Shown here piece after piece: positions 8,546 through 19,088 of a stretch of DNA of 64,000 bases. Source of the stretch: Bacteroidaceae bacterium (GTDB lineage: Bacteria; Bacteroidota; Bacteroidia; Bacteroidales; Bacteroidaceae). The stretch covers positions 1,858,972-1,922,971 of the forward strand of contig OY764215.1 in assembly GCA_963668125.1 (NCBI GenBank), given 5' to 3'. Position numbers and translations under genes: made by a program. The notes under the pieces were generated by a model. The model did no database searches. It had not been told where the DNA came from and worked only from the letters and a program-made list of their open reading frames with translations. The stretch's first letter is position 1, and every line of letters starts with the position of its first letter.

Positions 8546-11128
8546 ATGAAACAAATATTATTAGGATTATTACTTATTCCCAATTTGGTGTTTTCACAGA
8601 TACAGGTTGATGATAAATACCAAGAAAAATCATCATCATTCCCAATTGTAAGTAGCAAAGTAACAGCATCCGTTTACTTTGATGCATCCGACTTTAACTC
8701 GGTAAAGAAAACTGCTCAACTTTTCTCTGAAGACATTGAAAGGGTTACCGGAAAGAAGCCTATGCTAATTTCTTCCAAATTGAAAGCCGGAGAGTATACT
8801 GTAATTATTGGTACTGTAGAAAAGAATCAGCTAATTAAAGAACTGGTCAAATCGAAAAAACTAAAGATTGATTTTCTTCGGAATCAGTGGGAACGTTATA
8901 CAATTAAAACTATAGACAACCCGTTCAAAGGAGTAAAACGAGCCCTTGTAATTGCTGGGAGCGATCGTAGAGGAACGTCTTATGGAGTATTTTCCGTTTC
9001 CGAAGCCATTGGCGTTTCTCCTTTGTATTGGTGGGCCGATATTCCCGTGCGAAAAAGTCAGAATCTGAGTATCAAAGCTATCAATTACACTTCTAAAAGC
9101 CCATCTGTTAAGTACCGTGGTATTTTTATTAACGACGAAGATTGGGGGCTGAAACCATGGTCTTCGAATAATTATGAAAAAAACCTTGGTGATATTGGGC
9201 CTAAAACCTACGCTCAGGTTTGTGAGCTGTTGCTCCGCCTTAAAGCTAATATGTTTGCTCCAGCCATGCATAGTTGCACCGGAGCTTTCTATTCTCATCC
9301 AGAAAGTAAGGTTGTTGCCGACGAATATGGAATTATAGTTTCTACCTCGCACTGCGAACCTTTATTGTTTAACAATGCCGCAAAATCAGAATGGGATAGT
9401 AAACGTGATGGAGAGTGGAATTACGCCAAAAACAAAGATGTTATTTTAAAGAAAATGGATGATCGTGTACGTGAAGCATCACCTTACGAAAACATCTATA
9501 CTATGGCCATGCGTGGTGTACACGATGAAGGTCTGAGAGGTAATCTTACTAATGAGGAAAAAGTGAATGTACTTGGTAAGGTAATGACCGACCAAAGAGA
9601 AGTTCTAAAAAAATACCTTAAAAAACCAATTACCGATATCCCTCAAATATTTGTACCTTACAAAGAAACTATGGATGTATATGAACTTGGTTTAAAAGTT
9701 CCCGACGATATTTCACTTATTTGGGTAGACGACAACTACGGATACATGAAACGTCTCAGCGACTCCAAAGAGCAAAAACGCAAAGGAGGATCTGGTGTCT
9801 ATTATCATTTCTCTTATTTGGGTGCCCCACATGATAATTTGTGGCTGAATACAACACCTCCCGTTTTAATGTATGAAGAACTAATAAAAGCTTATAAAAC
9901 AGGAGCTAATCGTTACTGGCTTGTTAATGTTGGCGATATAAAACCAGCTGAAATGGGTATACAAACATTTCTTGATTTAGCATGGGATGTTAACAAGTTT
10001 GATTATGCAAGCATTAACCAACACCAAAGTCATTTTCTTGCTCGTACATTTGGAGCGAAGTACGAAAAAAGTTTTCAGGATATTTTAGATAATTATTATA
10101 GACTTGCATGGAGTCGTAAACCAGAGTTTATGGGTTGGGAACGTGAATGGGATGCCCCTAAATATAGTGATATTTCAAATACTCAATTCTCGTTCCAAAA
10201 CTACAACGATGCGCAACAAAGATTAGCCGATTATAAACGGATTTCAGACTTGTCCTATAAAATTTCGGAAGAATTACCAGAAAATCTACGTCCGGCATTT
10301 TTCGAATTAGTGGCTTACCCGGTAATGGGTTCGTACCAAATGAACCGAAAGTTTTTGATGGCGCAGCTTAACAATGAAGAGTTGAATGATAAAAATCTGT
10401 CAGCAGCTAATTGGGCAGCTGTACAGTCTAAAGCAGCATTTGATAGCATTAACAGTCTGACCTCGACATACAATACCATGCTTAATGGCAAGTGGAACGG
10501 TATGATGAGCCTGGCTCCGGGATGGACTGCAAAGTATCATAACATGCCTAAAGTAACAATTAGTGAAAGGGCTGCCTGTACTCCAATTGAACTTGCCCCC
10601 CAAGAAGATAAAAATAAGTTGGAAGGTTGCACGGTAATTAATTTGAAACGAATTAAAAATAAAATAGCTAAAAACGGACATTCACTAAAAATCATTGACG
10701 GTATAGGTTACGATTGGTATGCCCTTCAGTTGGGCGAAGCCACCGAACAAAGTGTTGATCCAAAAAACCTTGATGACACTCGTGTTGAGTATGAATTTAA
10801 TGGCGTAACAGCCGATTCAGTAACTGTACATGTTTATAGTTTGCCGTTCTGGGCACTTCACAAGGGAAAAAGTACCCGCTATGGTATATCGGTTGATGGG
10901 CAGCCTGCAGTTGTTGTTCAAAATGATCATAAAGAGTATTCTGAACCTTGGAAAGAACGTGTATTGCAAAATGGGGTTGTTTCGGTTGCCAGATTTGCAG
11001 TAAACAAATCGTTGACAACACATAAACTCTCATTAATCTGTGGCGATCCTGGAATGATTATCCAACGTGTTATAATTGACTGGGGTGGGCTGAAAAAAAC
11101 GTATGTTGGTCCATCATCCTTAAAGTGA
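8546..11128 (+). CDS. GH115-family alpha-glucuronidase (divergent paralog)
   Basis: The ORF track starts at GTG 8516. I prefer ATG 8546, which gives a clean signal peptide MKQILLGLLLIPNLVFSQ. It shares GH115 blocks with 49136 and 52161: AGSDRRGTSYGVFSVSEAIGVSPLYWWADIPV, KYRGIFINDEDWG, ADEYGIIVSTSHCEP, GGSGVYYHFSYLG, YWLVNVGDIKP. Confidence 0.85.
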   Translation: MKQILLGLLLIPNLVFSQIQVDDKYQEKSSSFPIVSSKVTASVYFDASDFNSVKKTAQLFSEDIERVTGKKPMLISSKLKAGEYTVIIGTVEKNQLIKELVKSKKLKIDFLRNQWERYTIKTIDNPFKGVKRALVIAGSDRRGTSYGVFSVSEAIGVSPLYWWADIPVRKSQNLSIKAINYTSKSPSVKYRGIFINDEDWGLKPWSSNNYEKNLGDIGPKTYAQVCELLLRLKANMFAPAMHSCTGAFYSHPESKVVADEYGIIVSTSHCEPLLFNNAAKSEWDSKRDGEWNYAKNKDVILKKMDDRVREASPYENIYTMAMRGVHDEGLRGNLTNEEKVNVLGKVMTDQREVLKKYLKKPITDIPQIFVPYKETMDVYELGLKVPDDISLIWVDDNYGYMKRLSDSKEQKRKGGSGVYYHFSYLGAPHDNLWLNTTPPVLMYEELIKAYKTGANRYWLVNVGDIKPAEMGIQTFLDLAWDVNKFDYASINQHQSHFLARTFGAKYEKSFQDILDNYYRLAWSRKPEFMGWEREWDAPKYSDISNTQFSFQNYNDAQQRLADYKRISDLSYKISEELPENLRPAFFELVAYPVMGSYQMNRKFLMAQLNNEELNDKNLSAANWAAVQSKAAFDSINSLTSTYNTMLNGKWNGMMSLAPGWTAKYHNMPKVTISERAACTPIELAPQEDKNKLEGCTVINLKRIKNKIAKNGHSLKIIDGIGYDWYALQLGEATEQSVDPKNLDDTRVEYEFNGVTADSVTVHVYSLPFWALHKGKSTRYGISVDGQPAVVVQNDHKEYSEPWKERVLQNGVVSVARFAVNKSLTTHKLSLICGDPGMIIQRVIIDWGGLKKTYVGPSSLK

Positions 11129-11162
11129 AATAGTAAATTATATATTAATATTTAAAATAAGA

Positions 11163-12929
11163 ATGAAAAAGATTTTTGGAATTTTGATTGTAGCATTATC
11201 GCTTAATGTCTATGCTCAGGATGTGAAAGTGAAAACAAAATCTTCGCTTCCGGATAAACTGCCTCCAATACCTGCTGTTCCAGCTCCCTTAGGGTATGAT
11301 ACTATTCCACTGGGTGATTGGAAAACTTTTCCTGAGATGAAACTGGATCTTCCTGTTACTAAGGGTCCTTTTGAACCTACCTGGGAATCTATTGAGAAAA
11401 ACTATCCTGGTGAACCATCATGGCTTCGCGATGCGAAGTTTGGTATCTGGGTTCACTTTGGGCCTCAATCAGCTGGTGAAAGTGGTGACTGGTATGCACG
11501 CAAGCTCTACAATCCGGGTACACCGGCTTACAAAAACCATCTAAAAAGATTCGGTCATCCATCAGAAGTTGGTTATAAGGATGTTCTTCATAGTTGGAAT
11601 CCAACAAAACTTAACCCTGCAAAGCTTACAAAAATATATCAGGATGCCGGGGCACGCTTTTTAATGATACAAGGTGTTCATCACGACAATTTTGATTTGT
11701 GGGAATCACGCTATCAACCATGGAATTCGGTCAATATAGGGCCAAAGCGAGACTTAATTGGTGAGTGGGCCAAAGCATGTCGTACTAATGGAATGCGGTT
11801 CGGTGTTACTTTCCATCACGAATACACTTGGTGGTGGTGGCAAACTGCTTTTGGCAGCGACAAAGAGGGTGATAAAAAAGGTATTCCTTATGATGGAAAC
11901 CTTACTCTTGCCGATGGAAAGGGTAAATGGTGGGAAGGATACGATCCTCGTCTCCTTTATGGAATAGATCTTCGCGAATACAAATGGGTTGACAAAAAAG
12001 CCCATCAAGAGTGGTCTCCTTCGCCAGCGGGTATATTTACCAACCATTTGGATTATGCAAAATGGTATACTACTCAATGGGCATTAAGAATGATGGATGT
12101 GGTGGAGCATTACGACCCCGATTTCATTTACACTGATGGCACTTCTAACCAACCTTTTAGCGGTAATGGTACAGGTACAGGGATTAAAGCCGATGCCATG
12201 CAAAGAGTTATTGCCGATTTTTATAACCGTGCACTACAAAGACGTGGACAAGTAAACACGTTCAGCATTGTGAAATTTAGGCATAATACGAATGGAACTG
12301 TAAATACTGAAGAGTTTGGTATACCTGCCGATATCAATTCCAAGGAACCTTGGATAGCGGAAGCTCCTGTAGGAGATTGGTTTTACGCACCCGGATTTAC
12401 ATATAACTCAGGGATGATGATCCGCTATATCATAGAAGCCATTGCACGCGACGGAAATGCAGCTTTGTGTATCTCTATTCTGCCCGATGGCTCTCTTGAC
12501 AAAGGCAGCCAAAAAATGTTGAAAGAAGTAGGAGTGTGGATGCGCCGTAATGGTGAAGCTGTTTATGGAAGCCATGCATGGACAATCCCCGGCGAAGGAG
12601 AGATTGTCGATGGCAAGTTAAAAATGCTCCCAGGCGGTGCATTGCAACGTAAACATGCCGAATTTAAGTTTGACGCTCAGGATATCCGCTTCACGGTTGG
12701 GAAAAATGGTTCACTTTATGCATTTTGTATGAATGTACCTACGTCGGGATCTTTAGTAAAAATCAAATCGCTTGGGAAAGATGCCAATTACTATACAAAA
12801 ACTATTAAAACAGTGAAGTTGTTGGGATATAAGGGTAATTTGAATTGGAAACAGGAGGCTGATGGACTTACAATTACCTGTCCGAAGAAAATGCCATTTG
12901 CAACATCTGTGGTGTTTTGTGTAGAATGA
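11163..12929 (+). CDS. GH29-like alpha-L-fucosidase family protein
   Basis: Signal peptide ending NVYAQ. Alpha-L-fucosidase-type blocks: FEPTWESIEKNY, AKFGIWVHFGPQS, GARFLMIQGVHHDNFDLWESRYQPWNS, GPKRDLIGEWAKACRTNGMRFGVTFHH. Confidence 0.7.
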   Translation: MKKIFGILIVALSLNVYAQDVKVKTKSSLPDKLPPIPAVPAPLGYDTIPLGDWKTFPEMKLDLPVTKGPFEPTWESIEKNYPGEPSWLRDAKFGIWVHFGPQSAGESGDWYARKLYNPGTPAYKNHLKRFGHPSEVGYKDVLHSWNPTKLNPAKLTKIYQDAGARFLMIQGVHHDNFDLWESRYQPWNSVNIGPKRDLIGEWAKACRTNGMRFGVTFHHEYTWWWWQTAFGSDKEGDKKGIPYDGNLTLADGKGKWWEGYDPRLLYGIDLREYKWVDKKAHQEWSPSPAGIFTNHLDYAKWYTTQWALRMMDVVEHYDPDFIYTDGTSNQPFSGNGTGTGIKADAMQRVIADFYNRALQRRGQVNTFSIVKFRHNTNGTVNTEEFGIPADINSKEPWIAEAPVGDWFYAPGFTYNSGMMIRYIIEAIARDGNAALCISILPDGSLDKGSQKMLKEVGVWMRRNGEAVYGSHAWTIPGEGEIVDGKLKMLPGGALQRKHAEFKFDAQDIRFTVGKNGSLYAFCMNVPTSGSLVKIKSLGKDANYYTKTIKTVKLLGYKGNLNWKQEADGLTITCPKKMPFATSVVFCVE

Positions 12930-12961
12930 TTTTAGGTAGAATAATAATGTCAGAACTCTTT

Positions 12962-12987
12962 GTGTATTTAGGAAATACACGTTTTTG
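12962..12987 (+). terminator. Intrinsic terminator after the GH29-like gene
   Basis: gtgtattt (12962-12969) pairs with aaatacac (12973-12980) across a 3-nt loop, followed by gttttt. Confidence 0.55.
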
Positions 12988-13044
12988 ATTATTAATATTC
13001 TCATAATTCATAATTAATGTCCCGGTAAACTTCGTTGTTTGGGC

Positions 13045-13084
13045 AAAAAAGGGCTGAACTTTTGGAAAGTTCAGCCCTTTTTTA
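13045..13084. terminator. Bidirectional terminator-like hairpin
   Basis: aaaaaa, then stem gggctgaactt (13051-13061) pairing with aagttcagccc (13067-13077), then ttttttta. The A-run and T-run flanks make it functional in either direction between convergent genes. Confidence 0.7.
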
Positions 13085-13367
13085 CTTTGTCTTTGACCAC
13101 AAAATATAATAGTTAATCCTTTGGGCGGAAGCATGCCCCTTGATGATAGCCAATCATTTCTAAGCTATAAATAAAAGAAATTATTGGGCGTAAATTTTTG
13201 AAAAACCATTGGTGTATCATTCAGATTTATTCTCCAATAATTTATATTTATTGGAGAATAAAATTAATTTATTCACCAACTATTAAAATGCCGAAACTAT
13301 GGTTTAGTATTATCCTTCAAGAATCTTAATGGAGCGTTGTTATTCTGTATAATATAAAATTGCTGCA

Positions 13368-13418
13368 TCAAAAAATAAAGCATAAAGTTGTATCATTTCT
13401 GGCACAACTTTATGCTTT
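13368..13418 (-). terminator. Intrinsic terminator after the minus-strand SusD-like gene
   Basis: A 15-bp perfect stem, aaagcataaagttgt (13377-13391) pairing with acaactttatgcttt (13404-13418). On the minus strand it is followed by a T-run (plus-strand aaaaaataa, 13368-13376). It lies about 50 nt past the stop at 13471. Confidence 0.7.
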
Positions 13419-13470
13419 TATTAATCAAGATTATCTTATCTTTTCTCCATAGGAGAGTAGATTAAGTCCG

Positions 13471-15216
13471 TTATTCATATCCCGGATTCTGTTCTAAAAC
13501 AGCATCTTTATTTGCTTCAATAACTGACTGTGGAATAGGATATAGTGTGTATTTTTCCTGAAAATCTTTCTTATCTGCAGTGTATGTTGCATTATAGAAT
13601 GGATTATATTTTTTCACTCTATTGTAGAATTCGCCAGTACGGGATAAAGTCAATCTTCTTTTTTCTTCAATACCCAACTCACGTAAACGTTCGTCAAGAA
13701 TATAGTCCATATTAACATCAGCGGCATTAACAGCAGATGCATGTGCACGACTTCGTACTGTGTTGATGTCAGCAGCAGCTTTGTCTTTATTATTTAGTTT
13801 CAAGTAAGCTTCTGCTCTTAATAAATAGGCTTCAGATAAACGGAACATATACTGATCAACAAACGTTCCACCGGCAGTTCCCTTTAACGCATGTGTATTA
13901 GCATCTGCTACAATAGCAGCCGGATGATTGTATGGAGTAGTACACTTTGTTTGGTAACCACAAAGATAACGTCCTGGAAGAGTTGCCTGACTTCCTAAAC
14001 CTGTAACCATTGTTACGCCTGCAGGAAGTTTTGGATTCATTAAATCAAGACTATCTCCGAAGACATCTTTGTATTTTTTTATAAAATCAGAGTTATTGAA
14101 CTTGATTTTTCTTACAAAATTGTAATTAGAATTTCTAATGTCATTATTGAAATCGCTTTGCCAAACTTCTGTATAAAAATGTGGTGCCGCATAAATATTA
14201 CCAATGCCACGGCCTCCTGTGTAATCTCCAATAGGCCAGCTAAACGGGATAAGTTGTTTTCCGTCAGGCATGTTGAATCTGAAAAGCTGAACTTGTGGAG
14301 CACAATGTCTTTCAAGCAGATAGTTACCTGGGCTTGTCCAGAAATAGTATGAAGTATTAGATCCACCACCAAGTACATCTTCTTCCAACTGAATTACCCA
14401 AATACCTTCAGTGTTACCAGAAGCACGGTTCTGATTGTTTCTACGGAACAAATCCCAATATACATCACCCGCTTCACTAGCACGTGAGCCAAAACGGTTT
14501 TTCATCAAAGCTAAAGCTGGATTATCTATCACCTTAGTTGCTGCATCTACTGCTTCTTGATTCTTATTCATAGCAAGATATAATTCAGACAATAGAAAAT
14601 TGGCTGCAGATGCACTTATTTCTCCATCTTTTACAGTTGTGATATCATCCAGATTCTCAGCGGCGAACTTAACATCATCAATAGCTTGTTGCAAGGTTTG
14701 TTCTTTTGTAGATCTCACATAATCCGTTTTAGGAGAAGTTACTTCTTCTAACTGAAGAGGTACACCACCATATAGATAGGCTAAAGTGCGATAAGCAAAA
14801 CCTCTGAAGAACTTAGCTTTTGCTTCATATTTCACTTTTTGTTCATCAGTAAGTTCTGAATTTGGCAAGCGACTGATAACAACGTTTGATTGTGCAACTA
14901 GCAGGTAAAGTTTATTCCAGTGCTCTTTTGCAATTGAGCCGGTAGGATCCAAATCAGTAGCAAGATTCGATTGAAGGCTTCCACCTCCCATCATCATATC
15001 AGTGCCATAAAGATAGTCAATACTGCGGTCACTATTACAGAAGAACTCTAAACGAGTCAGATAATATAGTTCAGTAATTGAAGCATCGAAATCCGCTTTT
15101 GTAGAATATGAATTTTCACCACTCATGAAATCTAAGGGCTTTTCTTCCAAAAATTTATTCTCGTTGCAAGCACATAACAGTGTGGCAAACAATGCCATAT
15201 ATAAATACTTTTTCAT
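13471..15216 (-). CDS. SusD/RagB-family outer-membrane glycan-binding lipoprotein
   Basis: Lipobox ATLLCAC. SusD-like helical blocks: FFRGFAYRTLAYLYGG, FLLSELYLA, SEAYLLRAEAYLKL. It lies 11 nt downstream of the SusC-like gene on the same strand. Confidence 0.9.
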   Translation of the reverse strand: MKKYLYMALFATLLCACNENKFLEEKPLDFMSGENSYSTKADFDASITELYYLTRLEFFCNSDRSIDYLYGTDMMMGGGSLQSNLATDLDPTGSIAKEHWNKLYLLVAQSNVVISRLPNSELTDEQKVKYEAKAKFFRGFAYRTLAYLYGGVPLQLEEVTSPKTDYVRSTKEQTLQQAIDDVKFAAENLDDITTVKDGEISASAANFLLSELYLAMNKNQEAVDAATKVIDNPALALMKNRFGSRASEAGDVYWDLFRRNNQNRASGNTEGIWVIQLEEDVLGGGSNTSYYFWTSPGNYLLERHCAPQVQLFRFNMPDGKQLIPFSWPIGDYTGGRGIGNIYAAPHFYTEVWQSDFNNDIRNSNYNFVRKIKFNNSDFIKKYKDVFGDSLDLMNPKLPAGVTMVTGLGSQATLPGRYLCGYQTKCTTPYNHPAAIVADANTHALKGTAGGTFVDQYMFRLSEAYLLRAEAYLKLNNKDKAAADINTVRSRAHASAVNAADVNMDYILDERLRELGIEEKRRLTLSRTGEFYNRVKKYNPFYNATYTADKKDFQEKYTLYPIPQSVIEANKDAVLEQNPGYE

Positions 15217-15227
15217 GTCTTTAATAA

Positions 15228-18200
15228 TTAAAATGAAATATTAATACCACCAGTGAAACTTCTCATAACAGGTCTGTTATCATAGGTACTACCTGTATAA
15301 TGCGTACCAGTATCGTCTGTATAAGTATTGCTGGCTTCTGGATCCCATCCATTCCAACCTGTAAAGGTTAATAGGTTTTTGCAGTTAAAATAGATATTGA
15401 CTCCATCTATACCAATACGTGAAATTACTGACTTAGGTAGATCGTAGCTTAAAGTTATGTCCTGCAAACGAACAAAATCTCTCTTCTGATACAAATTAGG
15501 AGTAATTTTCCCACCTGTATAAGATCTTGCGTAGATGCCATTAGGGTTGTTTGGTGACCAGAATTTATCTGCTTGTTCTGAAAAACGGTTATAACGAATT
15601 GCATTATCATCCTGGTTTACTGAGTATGAGTTTCTGCCCATATAACCATCTTTACCACCTTGTACTGAGTTAATAAAGAAACTCAAAGAGAAACTTTTAT
15701 ATCTAAATTTATTCATAAGACCTAAGCGGTATGCAGGATCTGATTTGCCCAAAATTACACGGTCATCTGCTGTAATCTTTCCATCTTTACTGGTATCAAC
15801 TATTCTATAATTACCAGGATAGAATCCTTCTGGTATTTCGTCACCTATCTGATAGATCCCATCAACTTTATAATCATAAAGAGATGAAATTGATTTTCCG
15901 ATAAACAAACCACTAGCAACTAAATCGTCTTCTTTACCATCGCCATTGTTATCTTGTCCTGTAAGAGATACAATTTTGTTTGAATTTGAAGATATGTTGA
16001 AAGTAGTGCTCCATTCAAAGTCTTTAGTCGAGATATTATGTGAAGTTGCAGTGAATTCAATACCCTGGTTCTTAATCTTACCAACGTTAGAGCTGATAGA
16101 CGAGAAACCTGTGATAGTTGGAATAGCTACATTGTATAACAAATCATTAGTTGTTGTTTTGTACACTTCCAAAGATCCAGTAATACGGTTTTTCAATACA
16201 GCGAAGTCGAAGCCTAAATTCAAACCAGCCGTTTTTTCCCATTTCAAGTCTTTGTTCTGCATAGAAGTTAATTCCTGACGGATAACGCCTGTAGTTCCAT
16301 CACCAAAGATGTAACCGGTTTCCGATGCAACTTTTGCTAAAGAAGCATATCTTGAAGTCTGGTTACCACTGATACCGTATCCGGCACGCAACTTCAAATA
16401 GTCGAACCAAGGAATTTTAAAGAATGGTTCGTCAGAAATAACCCAACCTAAAGCTACAGAAGGGAAAATCGCACTCTTGTTGTTAGCTGCGAATCCAGAA
16501 TAACCATCACGTCTCGCTGTTGCAGTAATCAAATAGCGATTATTGAATTTGTAGTTGATTCGGAACATCTGATATAGCAAGGTTTCTTTCCATGCATCTG
16601 AGTAAGTGAATTGGTTGGTTCCCTGTTCCAAACTATTATAACCTAAAGTCATACGAGCAAATGTGTTTGCATCTGCATTTGTGTATGAGTATTTACGACG
16701 AATAGCACCGTAAACGAATGTACTATTTATACTGTGTTTACCAAAATCGTTGGTATAATTAAAGATGTTATCGAATGTATAATCGTTATAAATAGAATGA
16801 TTTTTGTATGCTTCACCATTTTCACTATATGCATATTTACTAGCATAGTTATGCTCGTTAATTGTATAGTTGTTACCAAAATTAATACGATAAGTCAAAC
16901 CTTTAAGTGGCAATTGGAATTCTGAATATAAATTCCCAAAGAAATAGTTATGACGTTCGTAATCTTCTACCATTGAACCATGAAATGGGTTTTCTACTGC
17001 TGTACGCATCGGATATGAAATCATATTACCATTTTCATCATATGGGGTTGCCAAAGGCGACATCTGAACAAGGAATGGTAAATAGGTTTCTTGTCCATCT
17101 TGATTTACGAATGAACCAAATGCCTGAACACCTAGTTTCCACCATTTACGTGGCTGTGCATCTACGTTCACACGAATACTGTTTCGTTTAAAATCATCAT
17201 TTAGCAACATATTATGCTGCGTAGTATTACCTAAAGAAAATAAATAGGAAATTCCTTCATTACCGCCAGAAACACTGAATTTATTTTCAGAAATTGTACC
17301 TGTTCTGGTAAATTCATCCCACCAGTTATAGTTATTTGAAGTAATATTGCCTTCACTATCCAATTGATATGATGGATCGGGCATCCATTTTGCCAAATTA
17401 AAGTCTGATTTCTTTTGTGTATAACCAGATTCTTCAGTATATGCCTGATGCCATAATACTTCTGTATCCCAGTTCAACATTTGCTCACGGTTCATTGGAT
17501 GCAAATCACGGGTAGGATTCTGCATACTGTAAGAAGAAGAAAAGTTGATTTTAGCTTTTCCTGCTTTACCTCTCTTAGAAGTGATAAGCAATACACCATT
17601 GGCAGCCTGAGCACCATAAACAGCTGTTGCACTGGCATCTTTCAATACGTCTACAGATTCAATATCAGCTGGGTTGATTGAAGAAAGAGAACCATTGTAA
17701 ATAATTCCATCTAATACAATTAATACACTGGTATTACCCGAAATTGTGTTGGTTCCTCGAATAGAGATATTAGGTGTTCCACCAGCACTAGTAACCTGAC
17801 CAACATTTAATCCAGGAACAGTACCCTGCAATGATTGTATAATGTTGGTGTTTGGCGTTTTTTCAAAATCTTTAATGTTTGCACTCATTACGGCACCTGT
17901 TAAATCACTCTTTTTTGCAGTACCATAACCAATCACTACAACTTCATTTAACAATGCAGTATTCTCACTCATTGAAATTTCAATATTCGTTTTGCCAGTT
18001 ACTTCTACCGTCTGAGGCTTATAACCAACAAATGAAACAGAAATTTTACCTTTTGGAGATACTTTAATAGAGAAATTGCCATTGATGTCAGTAATTGTAC
18101 CATTGGTAGTACCAACTTCTATTACACTGGCACCAATAATAGGTTCACCCGTGACATCTTTAACCACACCCTTCACTAAATGTCCTTGCGCTGCTGCCCA

Positions 18201-18266
18201 TAGAGGTATAGAACAGAAAAAAGTCAGCAGGATTAGTGACTTTAAATAAAAACATTTGTTTTTCAT
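15228..18266 (-). CDS. SusC-like TonB-dependent outer-membrane transporter
   Basis: 1012 aa. Signal peptide, then an N-terminal carboxypeptidase-regulatory-like domain (VKGVVKDVTGEPIIGASVIEVGTTNGTITDINGNFSI). Plug blocks: VVVIGYGTAKKSDLTGAV and SIRGTNTISGNTSVLIVLDGI. The C-terminus ends in an aromatic residue (GINISF). No STN/anti-sigma signalling domain is seen. Confidence 0.93.
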   Translation of the reverse strand: MKNKCFYLKSLILLTFFCSIPLWAAAQGHLVKGVVKDVTGEPIIGASVIEVGTTNGTITDINGNFSIKVSPKGKISVSFVGYKPQTVEVTGKTNIEISMSENTALLNEVVVIGYGTAKKSDLTGAVMSANIKDFEKTPNTNIIQSLQGTVPGLNVGQVTSAGGTPNISIRGTNTISGNTSVLIVLDGIIYNGSLSSINPADIESVDVLKDASATAVYGAQAANGVLLITSKRGKAGKAKINFSSSYSMQNPTRDLHPMNREQMLNWDTEVLWHQAYTEESGYTQKKSDFNLAKWMPDPSYQLDSEGNITSNNYNWWDEFTRTGTISENKFSVSGGNEGISYLFSLGNTTQHNMLLNDDFKRNSIRVNVDAQPRKWWKLGVQAFGSFVNQDGQETYLPFLVQMSPLATPYDENGNMISYPMRTAVENPFHGSMVEDYERHNYFFGNLYSEFQLPLKGLTYRINFGNNYTINEHNYASKYAYSENGEAYKNHSIYNDYTFDNIFNYTNDFGKHSINSTFVYGAIRRKYSYTNADANTFARMTLGYNSLEQGTNQFTYSDAWKETLLYQMFRINYKFNNRYLITATARRDGYSGFAANNKSAIFPSVALGWVISDEPFFKIPWFDYLKLRAGYGISGNQTSRYASLAKVASETGYIFGDGTTGVIRQELTSMQNKDLKWEKTAGLNLGFDFAVLKNRITGSLEVYKTTTNDLLYNVAIPTITGFSSISSNVGKIKNQGIEFTATSHNISTKDFEWSTTFNISSNSNKIVSLTGQDNNGDGKEDDLVASGLFIGKSISSLYDYKVDGIYQIGDEIPEGFYPGNYRIVDTSKDGKITADDRVILGKSDPAYRLGLMNKFRYKSFSLSFFINSVQGGKDGYMGRNSYSVNQDDNAIRYNRFSEQADKFWSPNNPNGIYARSYTGGKITPNLYQKRDFVRLQDITLSYDLPKSVISRIGIDGVNIYFNCKNLLTFTGWNGWDPEASNTYTDDTGTHYTGSTYDNRPVMRSFTGGINISF

Positions 18267-18319
18267 ATTGTTACTATTATTAATTAAGAAAAAATTTAGG
18301 ATAAACTTTAAATCAGTGG

Positions 18320-18327
18320 CAAAGTTA
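18320..18327 (-). promoter_or_regulatory. Candidate Bacteroides -7 promoter box (TAACTTTG) for the minus-strand susC-like gene
   Basis: It matches the published Bacteroides primary-sigma -7 consensus TAnnTTTG on the minus strand, 54-61 nt upstream of the ATG at 18266. This 8-mer pattern is common by chance in AT-rich DNA. Confidence 0.3.
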
Positions 18328-18715
18328 CTTTGTGATTATTAATCAATGTTATAATAATGTTACATATACCATTGGTCATCTTACATCTTTATCAATTAGT
18401 TTTTATTTTTTAAAAAATGCTATTAATAAGGAAATAGATTAACCTGAGAAGTAACGGGAGTGTAAGAACATGTCACCAACAGAAAAATTAGACGATATGT
18501 TATATTATAAATTGAATAGATTTTTTGATAACATTTTATATTAAATAGGCGGATAAAACTTGAATTTTATAGAAAAAAGCGGCCTTGCTATGTGTCCTTT
18601 TTTTTGCAATTACCATTGTGCTAGCCCTCAATTAGTTCAGTAGTCAAATCTGAATTTGTGTTTAAAACTGGAAAAAGAATATCTGAATTTAAAATTAAGA
18701 ATTTAGATTTCCCTC

Positions 18716-18723
18716 TACTTTTG
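18716..18723 (+). promoter_or_regulatory. Candidate -7 box (TACTTTTG) for the plus-strand susC-like gene
   Basis: It matches TAnnTTTG about 366 nt upstream of ATG 19089 and would imply a long leader. No closer match was seen. Confidence 0.25.
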
Positions 18724-18859
18724 ATATTCATTTGTTAATCGAAAGTTTAGCCTAAAATCTATTGTTTATGAACACAAATAAAACTGTTGTTGATATTATC
18801 TGCAACAAAAGTAATCTCTTTCCTTGAATTTTAGAAAATCTGTATAAAACGATTGTCAG

Positions 18860-18902
18860 AAGTCATATAAGAAAGGCTTCTTTATGACTTATATTCTTTT
18901 TC
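18860..18902 (+). terminator. Terminator-like hairpin inside the long region upstream of the plus-strand susC-like gene
   Basis: aagtcata(t)aagaa (18860-18873) pairs with ttctttatgactt (18878-18890) across the 4-nt loop aggc, giving 13 bp with one bulge. It is followed by atattctttttctc. It sits about 200 nt upstream of ATG 19089, so it could be a leader attenuator or the 3' end of a small RNA. Confidence 0.4.
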
Positions 18903-19088
18903 TCATGAAAAAGGAATTTTCTTATGTAGAAATCTTGAAGTAAAAAACTTCACTTCTACTCTTATCTGTAAACCTATAAACTAATTTTTATGAAACATTT
19001 ATTTGATGATAGTTGACGAGCTTTTTCTTATAGTTAAATATTTATGAATAATTGAATTATTTAGTCTAGTATAATTTATTAAGAAACT

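Noticed and set aside
8861-9352. Long antisense ORFs inside glycosidase genes (for example 8861-9352, 40467-40880, 50288-50845, 56054-56491, 46505-46885)
   Set aside because: Each is fully embedded antisense to a CDS with strong family motifs. The translated products are low-complexity with no recognisable domains or signal peptides. Such ORFs are expected by chance opposite long genes.
11754-12077. Overlapping + and - strand ORFs (11758-11967, 11754-12077) inside the GH29-like gene
   Set aside because: They are embedded in a well-supported CDS. The Gly/Pro runs merely mirror the TGGTGGTGGTGG (WWWW) codons of the real frame.
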